Positions 53,358 to 62,243 of a stretch of 64,000 nucleotides of DNA are shown here, piece after piece. This DNA is from an uncultured Planctomycetia bacterium (lineage in GTDB: Bacteria; Omnitrophota; Gorgyraeia; 2-02-FULL-51-18), in NCBI GenBank assembly GCA_964606485.1, contig CAZSGP010000001.1, positions 353,085 to 417,084 on the forward strand. Direction: 5' to 3'. A model generated the notes under the pieces. It was not told the DNA's origin. It worked only from the letters and a program-made list of their open reading frames with translations, and did no database searches. Numbering within the stretch: position 1 is the first letter of the stretch; each line of letters starts with the position of its first letter. A program made the translations under genes and the position numbers.

Positions 53358-54008
53358 ATGGAATCAAATTTTTGGATAAAAGTCTGGCAAGAAGGAAGAA
53401 CGCATTTTCACCAGGCTCAGTTCAACACCAAGCTTTTAGAATATTTCCCGCGCTTAGCCCCTCAAAAGGGTCAAAAGGTGCTTGTTCCTTTGTGCGGAAA
53501 ATCAAAAGACCTGCTCTGGCTAAGCCAGCAGAACCTGCTTGTGCACGGGGTAGAGTTGTACGACGATGCGGTAAAATCTTTTTTTAAAGAAAATCAGCTT
53601 CCGGCACCGGAAATAACCAGCGGGGAAGGTTTTACTCATTACACCCACCAAAATATCACCCTTAGCTGTGGAGATTTCTTTGCGTTAAATCAAAACGGTT
53701 CGTACGACTTTGTTTACGATAGGGCTGCTCTAGTCGCATTGCCAGCTGACATGCGAAAGCGTTACGCTCAGGTGGTTGAGCGCTCTCTCAAAAAAGGCGG
53801 TAAATGTTTACTATTTACTTATGAATACGATGCTTCCGCCATGGACGGTCCACCGTTTAGTGTGCCCACCCTTGAAATACAAGCGTTGTATCAGGGTGCA
53901 TTCACTATTGAACTCGTCGAAAGCCAAAAGCCCACGAACGAGAGCGGCAGACTTTCTGTTGTGGAAAGTTTGAAGCAGAAAGTTTATATTCTGGAGAAGA
54001 TGGGTTAA
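53358..54008 (+). CDS. tpm: Thiopurine S-methyltransferase family (Tpm) SAM-dependent methyltransferase
   Basis: FWIKVWQEGRTHFHQ and VLVPLCGKSKDLLWL are characteristic TPMT N-terminal blocks. The internal ATG is offset 18 codons into the track ORF. Confidence 0.7.
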   Translation: MESNFWIKVWQEGRTHFHQAQFNTKLLEYFPRLAPQKGQKVLVPLCGKSKDLLWLSQQNLLVHGVELYDDAVKSFFKENQLPAPEITSGEGFTHYTHQNITLSCGDFFALNQNGSYDFVYDRAALVALPADMRKRYAQVVERSLKKGGKCLLFTYEYDASAMDGPPFSVPTLEIQALYQGAFTIELVESQKPTNESGRLSVVESLKQKVYILEKMG

Positions 54009-54025
54009 ATGGGAGGGTAATACTC

Positions 54026-54205
54026 ATGAAACAAAAGCCGCTTAAAAAAATTAGCTCTAAACAAGTGGAGGTTTTCAAAGTCCGCAACCGGCGCAGTTAT
54101 GCGGCAATCTGCATGGACAATTTGTGCGAAGGCACGACGCCTAAGCAGGCGATTGGTCGTTTGTATCATCCCTTGCGGCGAATGGGGTATGAGCTTGTCG
54201 ATTAA
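54026..54205 (+). CDS. Unlisted small ORF (59 aa, below track cutoff) with strong RBS
   Basis: GGGAGGG lies 7 nt before the ATG. Protein MKQKPLKK...YAAICMDNLCEGTTPKQAIGRLYHPLRRMGYELVD. Sits between tpm and the DUF2132 gene. Confidence 0.35.
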   Translation: MKQKPLKKISSKQVEVFKVRNRRSYAAICMDNLCEGTTPKQAIGRLYHPLRRMGYELVD

Positions 54206-54214
54206 AATCCACCC

Positions 54215-54430
54215 ATGACTGACCCACTTCACGGCATCACGCTTCAAGCTATCCTTGAGAGTCTTGTCGCTCGATACGGCTGGGAAGAACTTGGCCGAAA
54301 AATCCGCATCCGCTGTTTTAACTCGGACCCGAGCATTAAATCCAGCCTCACATTTCTCCGCAAGACTCCATGGGCTCGTGCGAAGGTAGAAAAGTTGTAT
54401 CTACGCGCTCAAACTCAAGACCCCGCGTGA
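54215..54430 (+). CDS. DUF2132 (VF530-like) small conserved protein
   Basis: [31 protein letters not shown]...[17 protein letters not shown]. Confidence 0.55.
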   Translation: MTDPLHGITLQAILESLVARYGWEELGRKIRIRCFNSDPSIKSSLTFLRKTPWARAKVEKLYLRAQTQDPA

Positions 54431-54939
54431 AATCCGATCTGCCTCGACCGGCGTTTTTTGATGGGTTCTTCTAATTCTTTGATTGCATGGAACACACTTC
54501 GAAATTGCTCATCGTAGCGACCCTCAATTTCTTCAATCTTCTTCTGTAGATCCTTATGTGTCAGAATATATTCTTTGAGTCGTGCGAAAGTGCGGATGAT
54601 CTCGATGTTCACGTGAATTGCTTTCTTGCTATTCAGAACACTCGAGAGCATTGCGACACCTTGCTCGGTAAAGGCGAATACGTTAGGAGCATGTTTTAGA
54701 CTTATCACAAATTGTGATATGTTCCGAATTTCTTCCCTTGTGAGTGAGAACATGAAATCAGCCGGAAAACGGTCAATATTGCGTCTAACCGCCTGGTTTA
54801 GCGCCCGGGTTTCAACCTCGTAGAGCTCGGCCAAATCCCTATCCAACATGACCTTTTTACCTCTAACCACATAGATCTTCCGTACGATTAACTCGTGAGA
54901 CACAAACGACGACACTTCAATGGCCTTATTTTTAGACAT
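54415..54939 (-). CDS. ORF6N-domain protein (phage/antirepressor-associated DNA-binding domain)
   Basis: [46 protein letters not shown] matches ORF6N. Only minus-strand gene in a long plus-strand run. Confidence 0.6.
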   Translation of the reverse strand: MSKNKAIEVSSFVSHELIVRKIYVVRGKKVMLDRDLAELYEVETRALNQAVRRNIDRFPADFMFSLTREEIRNISQFVISLKHAPNVFAFTEQGVAMLSSVLNSKKAIHVNIEIIRTFARLKEYILTHKDLQKKIEEIEGRYDEQFRSVFHAIKELEEPIKKRRSRQIGFHAGS

Positions 54940-55290
54940 GGCTTATTCCTCCTACTACACTAGACGTCAGACCCCCTCAAATTTTCCAAATATATTTCAA
55001 TATTTTTGAAGCTCTTAACATTTTCACTCTAGAAATTGAACGGGCTGGCTTTTTAGTGAGTCAGGATTTAAACTGGCGCAAGTATGCTTCCGGGATGCAT
55101 ACTGGGTTTACACCATCCCTTTGCATTTCACTTTCCCGCCTGCTAAACTTTTCCAATGCCCATCAAGAAAGGCCTCTTAACTTTTTTCCTCGTCTCTAGT
55201 TTATTAATTTCCAATCTCTGGTCATCGCAAGCCGACACCGTCTACATCCCCGCTGATCAATATTTCGAAGTCACACTCAAAGTACCAGGG

Positions 55291-55352
55291 GTCAGTTCTT
55301 GAATCTTGAACGGCAACTTGGGGCAACCGTTTTTCAAGTTTCAAGAACTGAC
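55291..55352. repeat. Large perfect inverted repeat (GTCAGTTCTTGAA ... TTCAAGAACTGAC, 13 bp arms plus inner TCTTGAA/TTCAAGA) forming ~60 nt hairpin
   Basis: Lies in an intergenic region between the ORF6N gene and a hypothetical gene. No T-tract follows. Confidence 0.4.
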
Positions 55353-55360
55353 ACCTTAAT

Positions 55361-55867
55361 GTGATCAGTCTCGCGCGCGCGGCGGGGGCGAGCGGGCGGT
55401 TTTTTATTTTTAGAAAAGACATCGCCGAAAAATACCATGTATCAAATGACTTTATCTCGGACGCGATCAGGGAGCTCAAAAGTCAAAACCTTTTAGACGT
55501 GAAGTATGGCGCGATAGACCCTGAGAGCCACAAGCACGAACACGCCAGCGCCTACACGCCCTTAACGCTTTATGACCCGGAAGTTTTAAGGGAAAATCTC
55601 GGCAAGCTTGAAACAAAAGTGGGCGCGGAGAAATTGGAAAGAGCCATTCGAACGGCAAGCGTTGTGTTTAAACAAAATGACATTGCAACGCTGGAAGACT
55701 TGATAGAGCTCGAAAACCGTTATGGGCAGGCCGTGGTGCAAGAAGCGGCGCAAAAAATTTCAGTCAAAAGCACGGATAACCCCAAGAGAAGTGCCGGGTA
55801 CCTGATCAATACGATTAAGAGTTTTCAGGACCCGCCGGGGAAGAAGAGCCTAAGGCGTAAATTTTAA
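55361..55867 (+). CDS. Hypothetical protein with wHTH-like segment; start uncertain
   Basis: The ORF starts inside a GC-rich stretch (GCGCGCGCGGCGGGGGCGAGCGGGCGGTTTTTT). No canonical internal start. Weak similarity to phage/plasmid replication-organiser type proteins. Confidence 0.3.
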   Translation: MISLARAAGASGRFFIFRKDIAEKYHVSNDFISDAIRELKSQNLLDVKYGAIDPESHKHEHASAYTPLTLYDPEVLRENLGKLETKVGAEKLERAIRTASVVFKQNDIATLEDLIELENRYGQAVVQEAAQKISVKSTDNPKRSAGYLINTIKSFQDPPGKKSLRRKF

Positions 55868-55905
55868 ACGTGTTAGAATAGTAAAAATTATTCAGGAGAA
55901 CCTTA

Positions 55906-56448
55906 ATGGCAAATCGATTCATGCGATCATTTTCTTTTTTACTTCTTTCGTCGAGCTTGTTGCAAGCGGTGGCATTTGCCGAAACCATTGAAGGCCGTGT
56001 CGCGGCGGTGGGTTCGTGGACGGTGGACGTGACCGTTTTCGACGCACAAGGCCGGCCATTTCCAAATGCGCTGCGCGTGAATGTGGACAGCGCAACTCAG
56101 CTTGCGGGACTGGACTCAGTTTTAGAACTAAACGAAGGCGATCCGGTGTCGGTGGACGCGCGGCAGATGGAATCTAAAAATTGGCACGCCGATCGAATTG
56201 CGCTATTGCAAAACAACAAGGTAAAGCCTGTGACAAAAGCATCGCCCTCCTTAAAAGACGCGCTCGGAAACCCGATGGTCCGCGGCGCGCTACTCGGAGC
56301 GGCAACCGGCGCGATTGCGGCCGGCGCTTCGGATGGCAAAGCGGGCAAGGGTGCACTCGTGGGTGCCGGCGTGGGTGCTGCGGCGGGTTTACTCGGTCAA
56401 ATGTTTAGCTCGCGCTCAAATTCACAAGAGAATTCCGACAATTCATGA
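55906..56448 (+). CDS. Secreted protein with C-terminal glycine-zipper segment
   Basis: Signal peptide and a C-terminal [38 protein letters not shown]. Confidence 0.5.
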   Translation: MANRFMRSFSFLLLSSSLLQAVAFAETIEGRVAAVGSWTVDVTVFDAQGRPFPNALRVNVDSATQLAGLDSVLELNEGDPVSVDARQMESKNWHADRIALLQNNKVKPVTKASPSLKDALGNPMVRGALLGAATGAIAAGASDGKAGKGALVGAGVGAAAGLLGQMFSSRSNSQENSDNS

Positions 56449-56750
56449 AAAAGTGCCCGTTTTGCGCAGAAGAAATTCAAGACGAAGCCATTAAATGTAA
56501 ACACTGCGGTGAATTTTTAAGCAAGTCCCCAACACAACCGTGGTATCTGCAAACGAAAACCGTGGTGACCGCATTTCTTTTTGTGGGACCCTTCGCGTTG
56601 CCGCTCGTGTGGCTCAACCCTAAAATTAGCCGCGTCTGGAAACTCGCCATCACCGCCGCGACACTGGTCGCAACTTACTATCTCATTCAAGTGATGACGG
56701 AGTCGGTGAAATCCATTCTCGCGACGTACGGACAGCTCGCGGGGTTGTAG
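56445..56750 (+). CDS. Zinc-ribbon plus two-TM membrane protein
   Basis: CPFCAEE...CKHCGE at the N-terminus, then two hydrophobic helices. ATGA overlap with the upstream gene. Confidence 0.4.
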   Translation: MKKCPFCAEEIQDEAIKCKHCGEFLSKSPTQPWYLQTKTVVTAFLFVGPFALPLVWLNPKISRVWKLAITAATLVATYYLIQVMTESVKSILATYGQLAGL

Positions 56751-56846
56751 GTATTTCCCGATAAGGTATTTAGCATTTCCACTGATTCCCGATTTTTAAA
56801 TTCTGCGTTAATATAATGGTTAGATAGGCGGAGGAATAAGCGAGAG

Positions 56847-57500
56847 ATGAGCCCATCCGAAATAAATTTAAAAGCTGAGCAAGCGAAGACGCTAGCGTCA
56901 CCCAGGCGGCCGTATGGATTTTTGGCGCGCGTTCTTTTTGCGACTTTGGATGTTTTTTACGGTCGTGAACGGACACTGTCAAAATTTAAAGTGTTGGAAG
57001 TGATTGCGCGGGTGCCGTACCAGTCGTGGGAGCAGATTGGCTACATTGCCATGACGCACACGTACAGCAAGCCTGATTTTGCCAGGCGTATATTTGATTT
57101 CGTCAAAGAAAGCCGGCATCAGCAGGACAACGAGCAGTGGCATCTTTTGATTTTAGAGGAATTGGTTCAGCATAAAAATCTGCGCGAGAATTTATTGCTT
57201 CACCGCGTGCTGCCGCAGGTCATAGCGTTTTTTTATTATCATGTGAGTTGGCTGCTCTATGTGGTGAAACCTTTGTGGAGTTACGCGCTGAACGCTGATT
57301 TTGAGGACCACGCCGAGCACGAGTACATGGAATTTGTACGGGACAACCCGGCGTACGAGAGCGAAAAATTTGAAAGTGCTTTTAAAGAAGACTACGGGGA
57401 TTTTCAGAGTCTAGCGGATTTGTTCCGACGAATCGGACTCGATGAGCGCATGCACAAAGAAGAGAGTTTAGCGAGAACCGGACATGCGCGGTTTTCTTAG
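56847..57500 (+). CDS. Alternative oxidase (AOX)/PTOX-like diiron carboxylate protein
   Basis: Four helix segments carry E / ExxH-type ligand motifs in AOX order: LEVIARVP, NEQWHLLILEEL, FEDHAEHEYMEF and LDERMHKEE. Confidence 0.45.
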   Translation: MSPSEINLKAEQAKTLASPRRPYGFLARVLFATLDVFYGRERTLSKFKVLEVIARVPYQSWEQIGYIAMTHTYSKPDFARRIFDFVKESRHQQDNEQWHLLILEELVQHKNLRENLLLHRVLPQVIAFFYYHVSWLLYVVKPLWSYALNADFEDHAEHEYMEFVRDNPAYESEKFESAFKEDYGDFQSLADLFRRIGLDERMHKEESLARTGHARFS

Positions 57501-57512
57501 AGGAGATTCGAA

Positions 57513-58295
57513 GTGGATAAAAAAATAAACGGGATTGCATGGACGGATGAGGAATGCCCGCACGGAGAGACGGTGGTTTTTATACACGGCTTTCCGTTTA
57601 ACCGATCCATGTGGCAGCCGCAAACGAAAGCGTTGTCAGACCGACACCGCGTGCTTTCGTTTGACGTGCGCGGGCACGGGCAGAGCGAGGTGGGAGATGG
57701 GCAGTACTCGCTCGAATTTTTTGTGGATGATTTGATGGCAGGAATGGATGAGTTTAAAATTAAAACTGCCGTGCTCTGCGGTCTTTCGATGGGCGGTTAC
57801 ATTGCTCTGCGCGCCGTCGAGCGGCACCCCGACCGCTTTAAAGCGCTGGTGCTTTGCGACACGAAAAGCGAGGCGGACAGCGACGAAGTTAAAATTAAAC
57901 GCGCCGCCACTATTCGGAAAGTGAAGGACGAAGGTGTTGAGGCGTTTGCCGGCGGATTTGTCAAAACCGTTTTAGGTGAAAAGTCCGCGATGACAAAGCC
58001 TGAGCTTATTGAAAGCGTGCTCAAAATGATACGCGGGAATACAACACTTGGAATTTCCGGCGCGCTCCTAGCCCTGGCCGCGCGAACCGACACGACGGCG
58101 AGCCTTTCAAAAATCAAAATGCCGACACTCATCTTAGTGGGGGAGGAAGACAAGCTAACACCGCTAGCAAATGCAGAGGCGATGAGGCAAAGAATACCCA
58201 ATTCAATCCTGCATGTGATTCCGGAGGCCGGACATTTGTCGAATTTGGAAAACCCGAATTTTTTTAATGAGCGCTTGCTAGCGTTTCTAAACTGA
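57513..58295 (+). CDS. Alpha/beta-fold hydrolase
   Basis: HGFPFN oxyanion region, nucleophile elbow GLSMGG, and catalytic Asp and His in the C-terminal region (HVIPEAGHL). Confidence 0.75.
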   Translation: MDKKINGIAWTDEECPHGETVVFIHGFPFNRSMWQPQTKALSDRHRVLSFDVRGHGQSEVGDGQYSLEFFVDDLMAGMDEFKIKTAVLCGLSMGGYIALRAVERHPDRFKALVLCDTKSEADSDEVKIKRAATIRKVKDEGVEAFAGGFVKTVLGEKSAMTKPELIESVLKMIRGNTTLGISGALLALAARTDTTASLSKIKMPTLILVGEEDKLTPLANAEAMRQRIPNSILHVIPEAGHLSNLENPNFFNERLLAFLN

Positions 58296-58356
58296 GACGC
58301 CGAATCAAGCGATAAACCGTTCTATATGTTATAATTACAAAAAAGGGGATACGCCC

Positions 58357-58692
58357 ATGTCAAACGATTCCAGCGCCAAAAAATTCGAAGAAGCTCTGAG
58401 CCTGCTCAACGAAGCGGCTAAAGACAAAAAAGAAGAAATTCAAAACTTGATCACCAATAAGTATTCCAATTTCAGGGAAGCGGTTGAGGAAATGACGGAC
58501 CGCAACCTGGACAATTTCAACCGGGTCCGCAAGATGACTGCCAAAGCCATTGAAGAGGGCGGGGACAAGGCTAAAGAAATCGCGGAGGAAGTGGATGAAC
58601 AGGTTAAGAAAAATCCTTGGGCTTATATCGGTGGCGCGGCGCTGGGAGCGCTACTCCTCGGGTATATTCTCGGCAGCTCCAAAAATAAATAA
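58357..58692 (+). CDS. DUF883 family protein (ElaB/YqjD-like C-tail-anchored stress protein)
   Basis: Helical charged N-terminal region and a C-terminal TM PWAYIGGAALGALLLGYILG. Confidence 0.7.
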   Translation: MSNDSSAKKFEEALSLLNEAAKDKKEEIQNLITNKYSNFREAVEEMTDRNLDNFNRVRKMTAKAIEEGGDKAKEIAEEVDEQVKKNPWAYIGGAALGALLLGYILGSSKNK

Positions 58693-58720
58693 ATTTTTTG
58701 ACGAGCTGATCCAACCGTAT

Positions 58721-59116
58721 ATGGCATGGATAGACCGCTTTAAAGGCGCGCTGCTGGGCGCGACGTTCGGTCTTCTGAAAGATTACCAAGATAAAACCGT
58801 AGAACTTGCCAAGATAAAAGCCGTGCAAGGCTACGCGGTGGCCATGCAAATGGTGCGCCGGCAGCTCTTGGCAATGCTGCTCATTTTTTTTTGTGTGATG
58901 GTGCTGGCCGTGGCGGTCGTGGCGCTTCCACTCGCGATTGTGCTGCTTTTGCCGATTGCGCTTTCAGTTAAAATTTCTGTTCTGTGCGTATTGACCGTTA
59001 TCCTGATCTCACTGCTAGTCTGGACCGTGTCAGTTCTCGTGTCCGAGAGTCGCTGGATGCGATTCACCAAAGTCGAACAACTCGTTGAATCTGTTCTTAA
59101 AAAAGAAAACCCTTAA
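58721..59116 (+). CDS. YqjE-like (DUF1469) inner-membrane protein
   Basis: Follows the DUF883 gene as in the E. coli yqjD-yqjE pair. Two long hydrophobic helices. Internal ATG chosen; the track extension overlaps the upstream gene. Confidence 0.5.
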   Translation: MAWIDRFKGALLGATFGLLKDYQDKTVELAKIKAVQGYAVAMQMVRRQLLAMLLIFFCVMVLAVAVVALPLAIVLLLPIALSVKISVLCVLTVILISLLVWTVSVLVSESRWMRFTKVEQLVESVLKKENP

Positions 59117-59125
59117 GTTAAAATT

Positions 59126-59884
59126 ATGCATCGATTTGTGATCGATCCGCAAAAGATCGAAGAAGGCGTTGTTGTGCTAAACGCTAAAGAGAGCCGTCAC
59201 GCCATGTCTGTGCTGCGTGTGAAACCTGGCGAAGCGGTGGAACTTTTGGACGGTAAGGGCAGCGTGCTGAGAGGAGTGGTGCGGTCGATTCGCGAAGAGG
59301 GTGTGAGTGTGACGCTCGATAAAAACACCGACGCAAGTCTGGGAGATAGCCGTAGAATTCCAATCGAAGTAACGCTTGCCGTGAGCGTGATCAAGCCCGA
59401 GCGCATGGAACTTTTGGTGCAGAAGGCGACGGAGCTGGGTGTGGCGCGAATAGTGCCGCTCGTGTCCCAGCACTGTGTGGTGAAGTTGTCTCAGGTGCGC
59501 TGGGATGTGAAGCGTGACCGTTGGCAGAGAATTGCCGAAGAAACCTGCAAACAGTGTGGGCTCGCGAAAATTCCGGAGATTGCACCCATTCAAAATTATG
59601 AAATTTTCATGAGAAGTTTAAAAGAGGCGTATAACACCATCCTCATCCCGACGCTGGCTCAAAAAGGACCGCTGGTTTCCGAAGCGCTGCAGGGGAAAAA
59701 TTTGCAAAAGACACTCGTTTTAATCGGTCCGGAAGGGGACTTTAGCGCGTCCGAGGTCGAATTTGCGGTCAAAAAGGGAGCTCTGCCGGTGAGTTTGGGA
59801 CCGCTGGTTCTCAGGAGCGAGACGGCGGGGATTTACATGCTCTCTATTCTGAATTTTTTATCGATTAACACATTGACAAAATGA
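59126..59884 (+). CDS. rsmE: 16S rRNA (uracil1498-N3)-methyltransferase RsmE
   Basis: MHRFVIDPQKI N-terminus (PUA-like) and a SPOUT C-terminal domain with LVLIGPEGDFSASEV. Confidence 0.85.
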   Translation: MHRFVIDPQKIEEGVVVLNAKESRHAMSVLRVKPGEAVELLDGKGSVLRGVVRSIREEGVSVTLDKNTDASLGDSRRIPIEVTLAVSVIKPERMELLVQKATELGVARIVPLVSQHCVVKLSQVRWDVKRDRWQRIAEETCKQCGLAKIPEIAPIQNYEIFMRSLKEAYNTILIPTLAQKGPLVSEALQGKNLQKTLVLIGPEGDFSASEVEFAVKKGALPVSLGPLVLRSETAGIYMLSILNFLSINTLTK

Positions 59885-59938
59885 ATAATCGGTGGTATAC
59901 TCCACGCGTTGCCGTCTATACTCTAATTACTTACTATC

Positions 59939-60454
59939 ATGAATGAGATTATCTCACGGCTAACCTGGGCAGACTACTTAACGGCTATTGCCGTTTTGAG
60001 AGGGGCCTGGGTCGGCTATAAGTCCGGTTTGTTTCCGGAGCTGCTTCGCATTGTCGGATACGTCGTCACGGCGGTCGTAACGCTTTATTACTACGACCCA
60101 GTGGCGCAGTTGATTACGCTGAGAACCGTTTTAAATAGCACAGCCGCAACAGCGCTGGCTTTCTTTTTGGTGTTTGCGGTGACGTTTGGGATTACGAAAC
60201 TAGCTTCATTTTTGCTGGTTAAAATTTTGAATGCCGGTGATGGTGGCGTGTTTTACAAGATTGCCGGAATGCTCGTGGGGATGTGCCGCTGGGTGATTTT
60301 ACTCAGCTTAACATTTATGCTGATCGGCCAATTGCCGCTCACACCCCTCAAAAAAGACATTGAAGAAAAGTCGGTTGTCGGTCAAAAGGTCGCAAAGATT
60401 GCGCCCATGCTCTTTGAATACGTGCAGAGTTTTTCACCGCAGTTAAAAAAATAA
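59939..60454 (+). CDS. cvpA: CvpA family membrane protein
   Basis: Four TM helices of CvpA-like length; N-terminus DYLTAIAVLRGAWVGYKSG. Confidence 0.65.
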   Translation: MNEIISRLTWADYLTAIAVLRGAWVGYKSGLFPELLRIVGYVVTAVVTLYYYDPVAQLITLRTVLNSTAATALAFFLVFAVTFGITKLASFLLVKILNAGDGGVFYKIAGMLVGMCRWVILLSLTFMLIGQLPLTPLKKDIEEKSVVGQKVAKIAPMLFEYVQSFSPQLKK

Positions 60455-60464
60455 GGAGCGCCGC

Positions 60465-62243
60465 ATGATTCCGGAAGCGGTGCTCAACCAAATTCAGGAC
60501 CGGGCGGACATCGTCGAAATTATTTCGGCGTACACCCCGATGAAGCGCGCGGGGCGGAATTTTAAAGCAAACTGCCCCTTTCACGGCGAGAAAACGCCGT
60601 CGTTCATGGTGAGTCCGGACAAGCAGATTTTTCACTGCTTCGGATGCGGGGCGGGCGGGAATGTGTTTGGCTTCCTGATGAAAATCGAAAAAAAAGATTT
60701 TCTCGAGGTGGTTGAAGACTTAGCGCTGCGGACAGGGATTGAGATTCCAAAGTCCGGATTTAAAGATTCAGAAGCCGATAAGCGGCGAGACATTTTTTTA
60801 AAGGCCAATGGAATAGCTGCGGATTTTTATCACCGCACACTGCTCAAGGATAAGGCCGCGGAAAAAGCGCGGACCTATTTAAAGAAGCGCGGAATCACTG
60901 AGCAGACGGTTGAAGATTTTAAGATTGGTTGGGCGCCGGAGACGTGGGACAGTTTTTACCAGTCGGCGCACGGACAGATTGCTGACGGAATTTTAGAAAA
61001 AGCAGGGCTGGTTCTTTCAAAAAAAGAGGGGAGCGGGTTTTACGACCGGTTTCGCTCGAGAGTGATGTTCCCGATTTTAGACGGCAAGGGTATTTGTGTG
61101 GCCTTTGGCGGGCGCGTGCTGGACGATTCGGTGCCGAAATACTTAAATTCTCCGGAGACGGAAATTTATTATAAAGGGCGCGAGTTGTACGGCTTGTTTC
61201 AGGCGCGTAAAGCCATTCGCGAAAAAGACGCGGTGATGGTGGTAGAAGGCTACATGGACGTGATTGCCTGTCATCAGGCCGGCGTGCAAAACGTGGTCGC
61301 GAGCTTAGGCACGGCACTCACACCGGACCAAGCGCGGCTCATGAAACGGCACACGAAAAACGTGTACATCTTGTACGACGCGGACAAGGCCGGCGAGATG
61401 GCGACGCTACGAGGACTTGAAATTTTCCTCGAAGAAGATTTGGAAGTGAAGATTGTGCGGCTGCCGGAAGGGCACGACCCGGATTCGTTCATCCGCGAGT
61501 ATGGCCGGGAAAAATTTGAAAGTGAAGTGCTGAACGCAAAAAATTTATTTGAATACAAGCTGTCGCTTTCCAAAAAAAATAACGACGCGAAGACGATTGA
61601 AGGGAAAATCCGGATCGCCAATGAAATGGCGGGGTTTTTAGCGAAAGTAAAAAATGAGATTTCGCGCTCGGCCTGGGCGAAGGAATTGGCCAGGGGATTA
61701 GCGTTGTCGGAAGAAGCGGTTGCGGCGGAAATTAAAAAAGGCCAGTCGGCGTTTAAAGCAGGATGGAAAGCGCCTGAAAAAAATTTAGAAGCAAAAGAAG
61801 TTGCTAGTGTTAAGCCCAGCACTTTTGAGCGAATGCTGCTCGGGCTTTGTTTGGAAAATGAAGAGCTCGCAAGTCGCGCGAAGAATGAAATACGGCTTGA
61901 AGATTTTAAAAGTGAGACCGCACACGCGGTGGCTGAAAAAGTTTTGAGTTCTAAGGAATACGTGTCGGCAGCGAATTTGCTAACGACGTTTCGGGAAGAT
62001 GCGAAGGCGACGGCGTTTATCGCGTCGGCGATTGCAGAGACCGAGTCGATGACCGAGCGTGAGAAAGCATTTGAGGATTGTGTGGCGCTCGCCAAGCGCA
62101 ATCGCGTGAACAATCGGCGCGATGTTTTGCGGGCAGAGTTGTCCCAGGCGCAAGCGTCAGGGGATGCAAGTCAGATTCAAAAAATTTTATTCGAGTTTAA
62201 CGAGATAAACAAAGGAATGAAGACACAACATGAAAAAAAATAA
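60465..62243 (+). CDS. dnaG: DNA primase
   Basis: Zinc-binding domain [11 protein letters not shown]...FHCFGCG, TOPRIM domain [10 protein letters not shown]...ILYDADKAG, and a C-terminal helicase-interaction region. Confidence 0.9.
   Translation: MIPEAVLNQIQDRADIVEIISAYTPMKRAGRNFKANCPFHGEKTPSFMVSPDKQIFHCFGCGAGGNVFGFLMKIEKKDFLEVVEDLALRTGIEIPKSGFKDSEADKRRDIFLKANGIAADFYHRTLLKDKAAEKARTYLKKRGITEQTVEDFKIGWAPETWDSFYQSAHGQIADGILEKAGLVLSKKEGSGFYDRFRSRVMFPILDGKGICVAFGGRVLDDSVPKYLNSPETEIYYKGRELYGLFQARKAIREKDAVMVVEGYMDVIACHQAGVQNVVASLGTALTPDQARLMKRHTKNVYILYDADKAGEMATLRGLEIFLEEDLEVKIVRLPEGHDPDSFIREYGREKFESEVLNAKNLFEYKLSLSKKNNDAKTIEGKIRIANEMAGFLAKVKNEISRSAWAKELARGLALSEEAVAAEIKKGQSAFKAGWKAPEKNLEAKEVASVKPSTFERMLLGLCLENEELASRAKNEIRLEDFKSETAHAVAEKVLSSKEYVSAANLLTTFREDAKATAFIASAIAETESMTEREKAFEDCVALAKRNRVNNRRDVLRAELSQAQASGDASQIQKILFEFNEINKGMKTQHEKK

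Noticed and set aside
61274-62113. 279-aa minus-strand ORF
   Set aside because: Antisense to dnaG. Ser/Ala-rich low-complexity translation of a GC-biased coding strand. Spurious.
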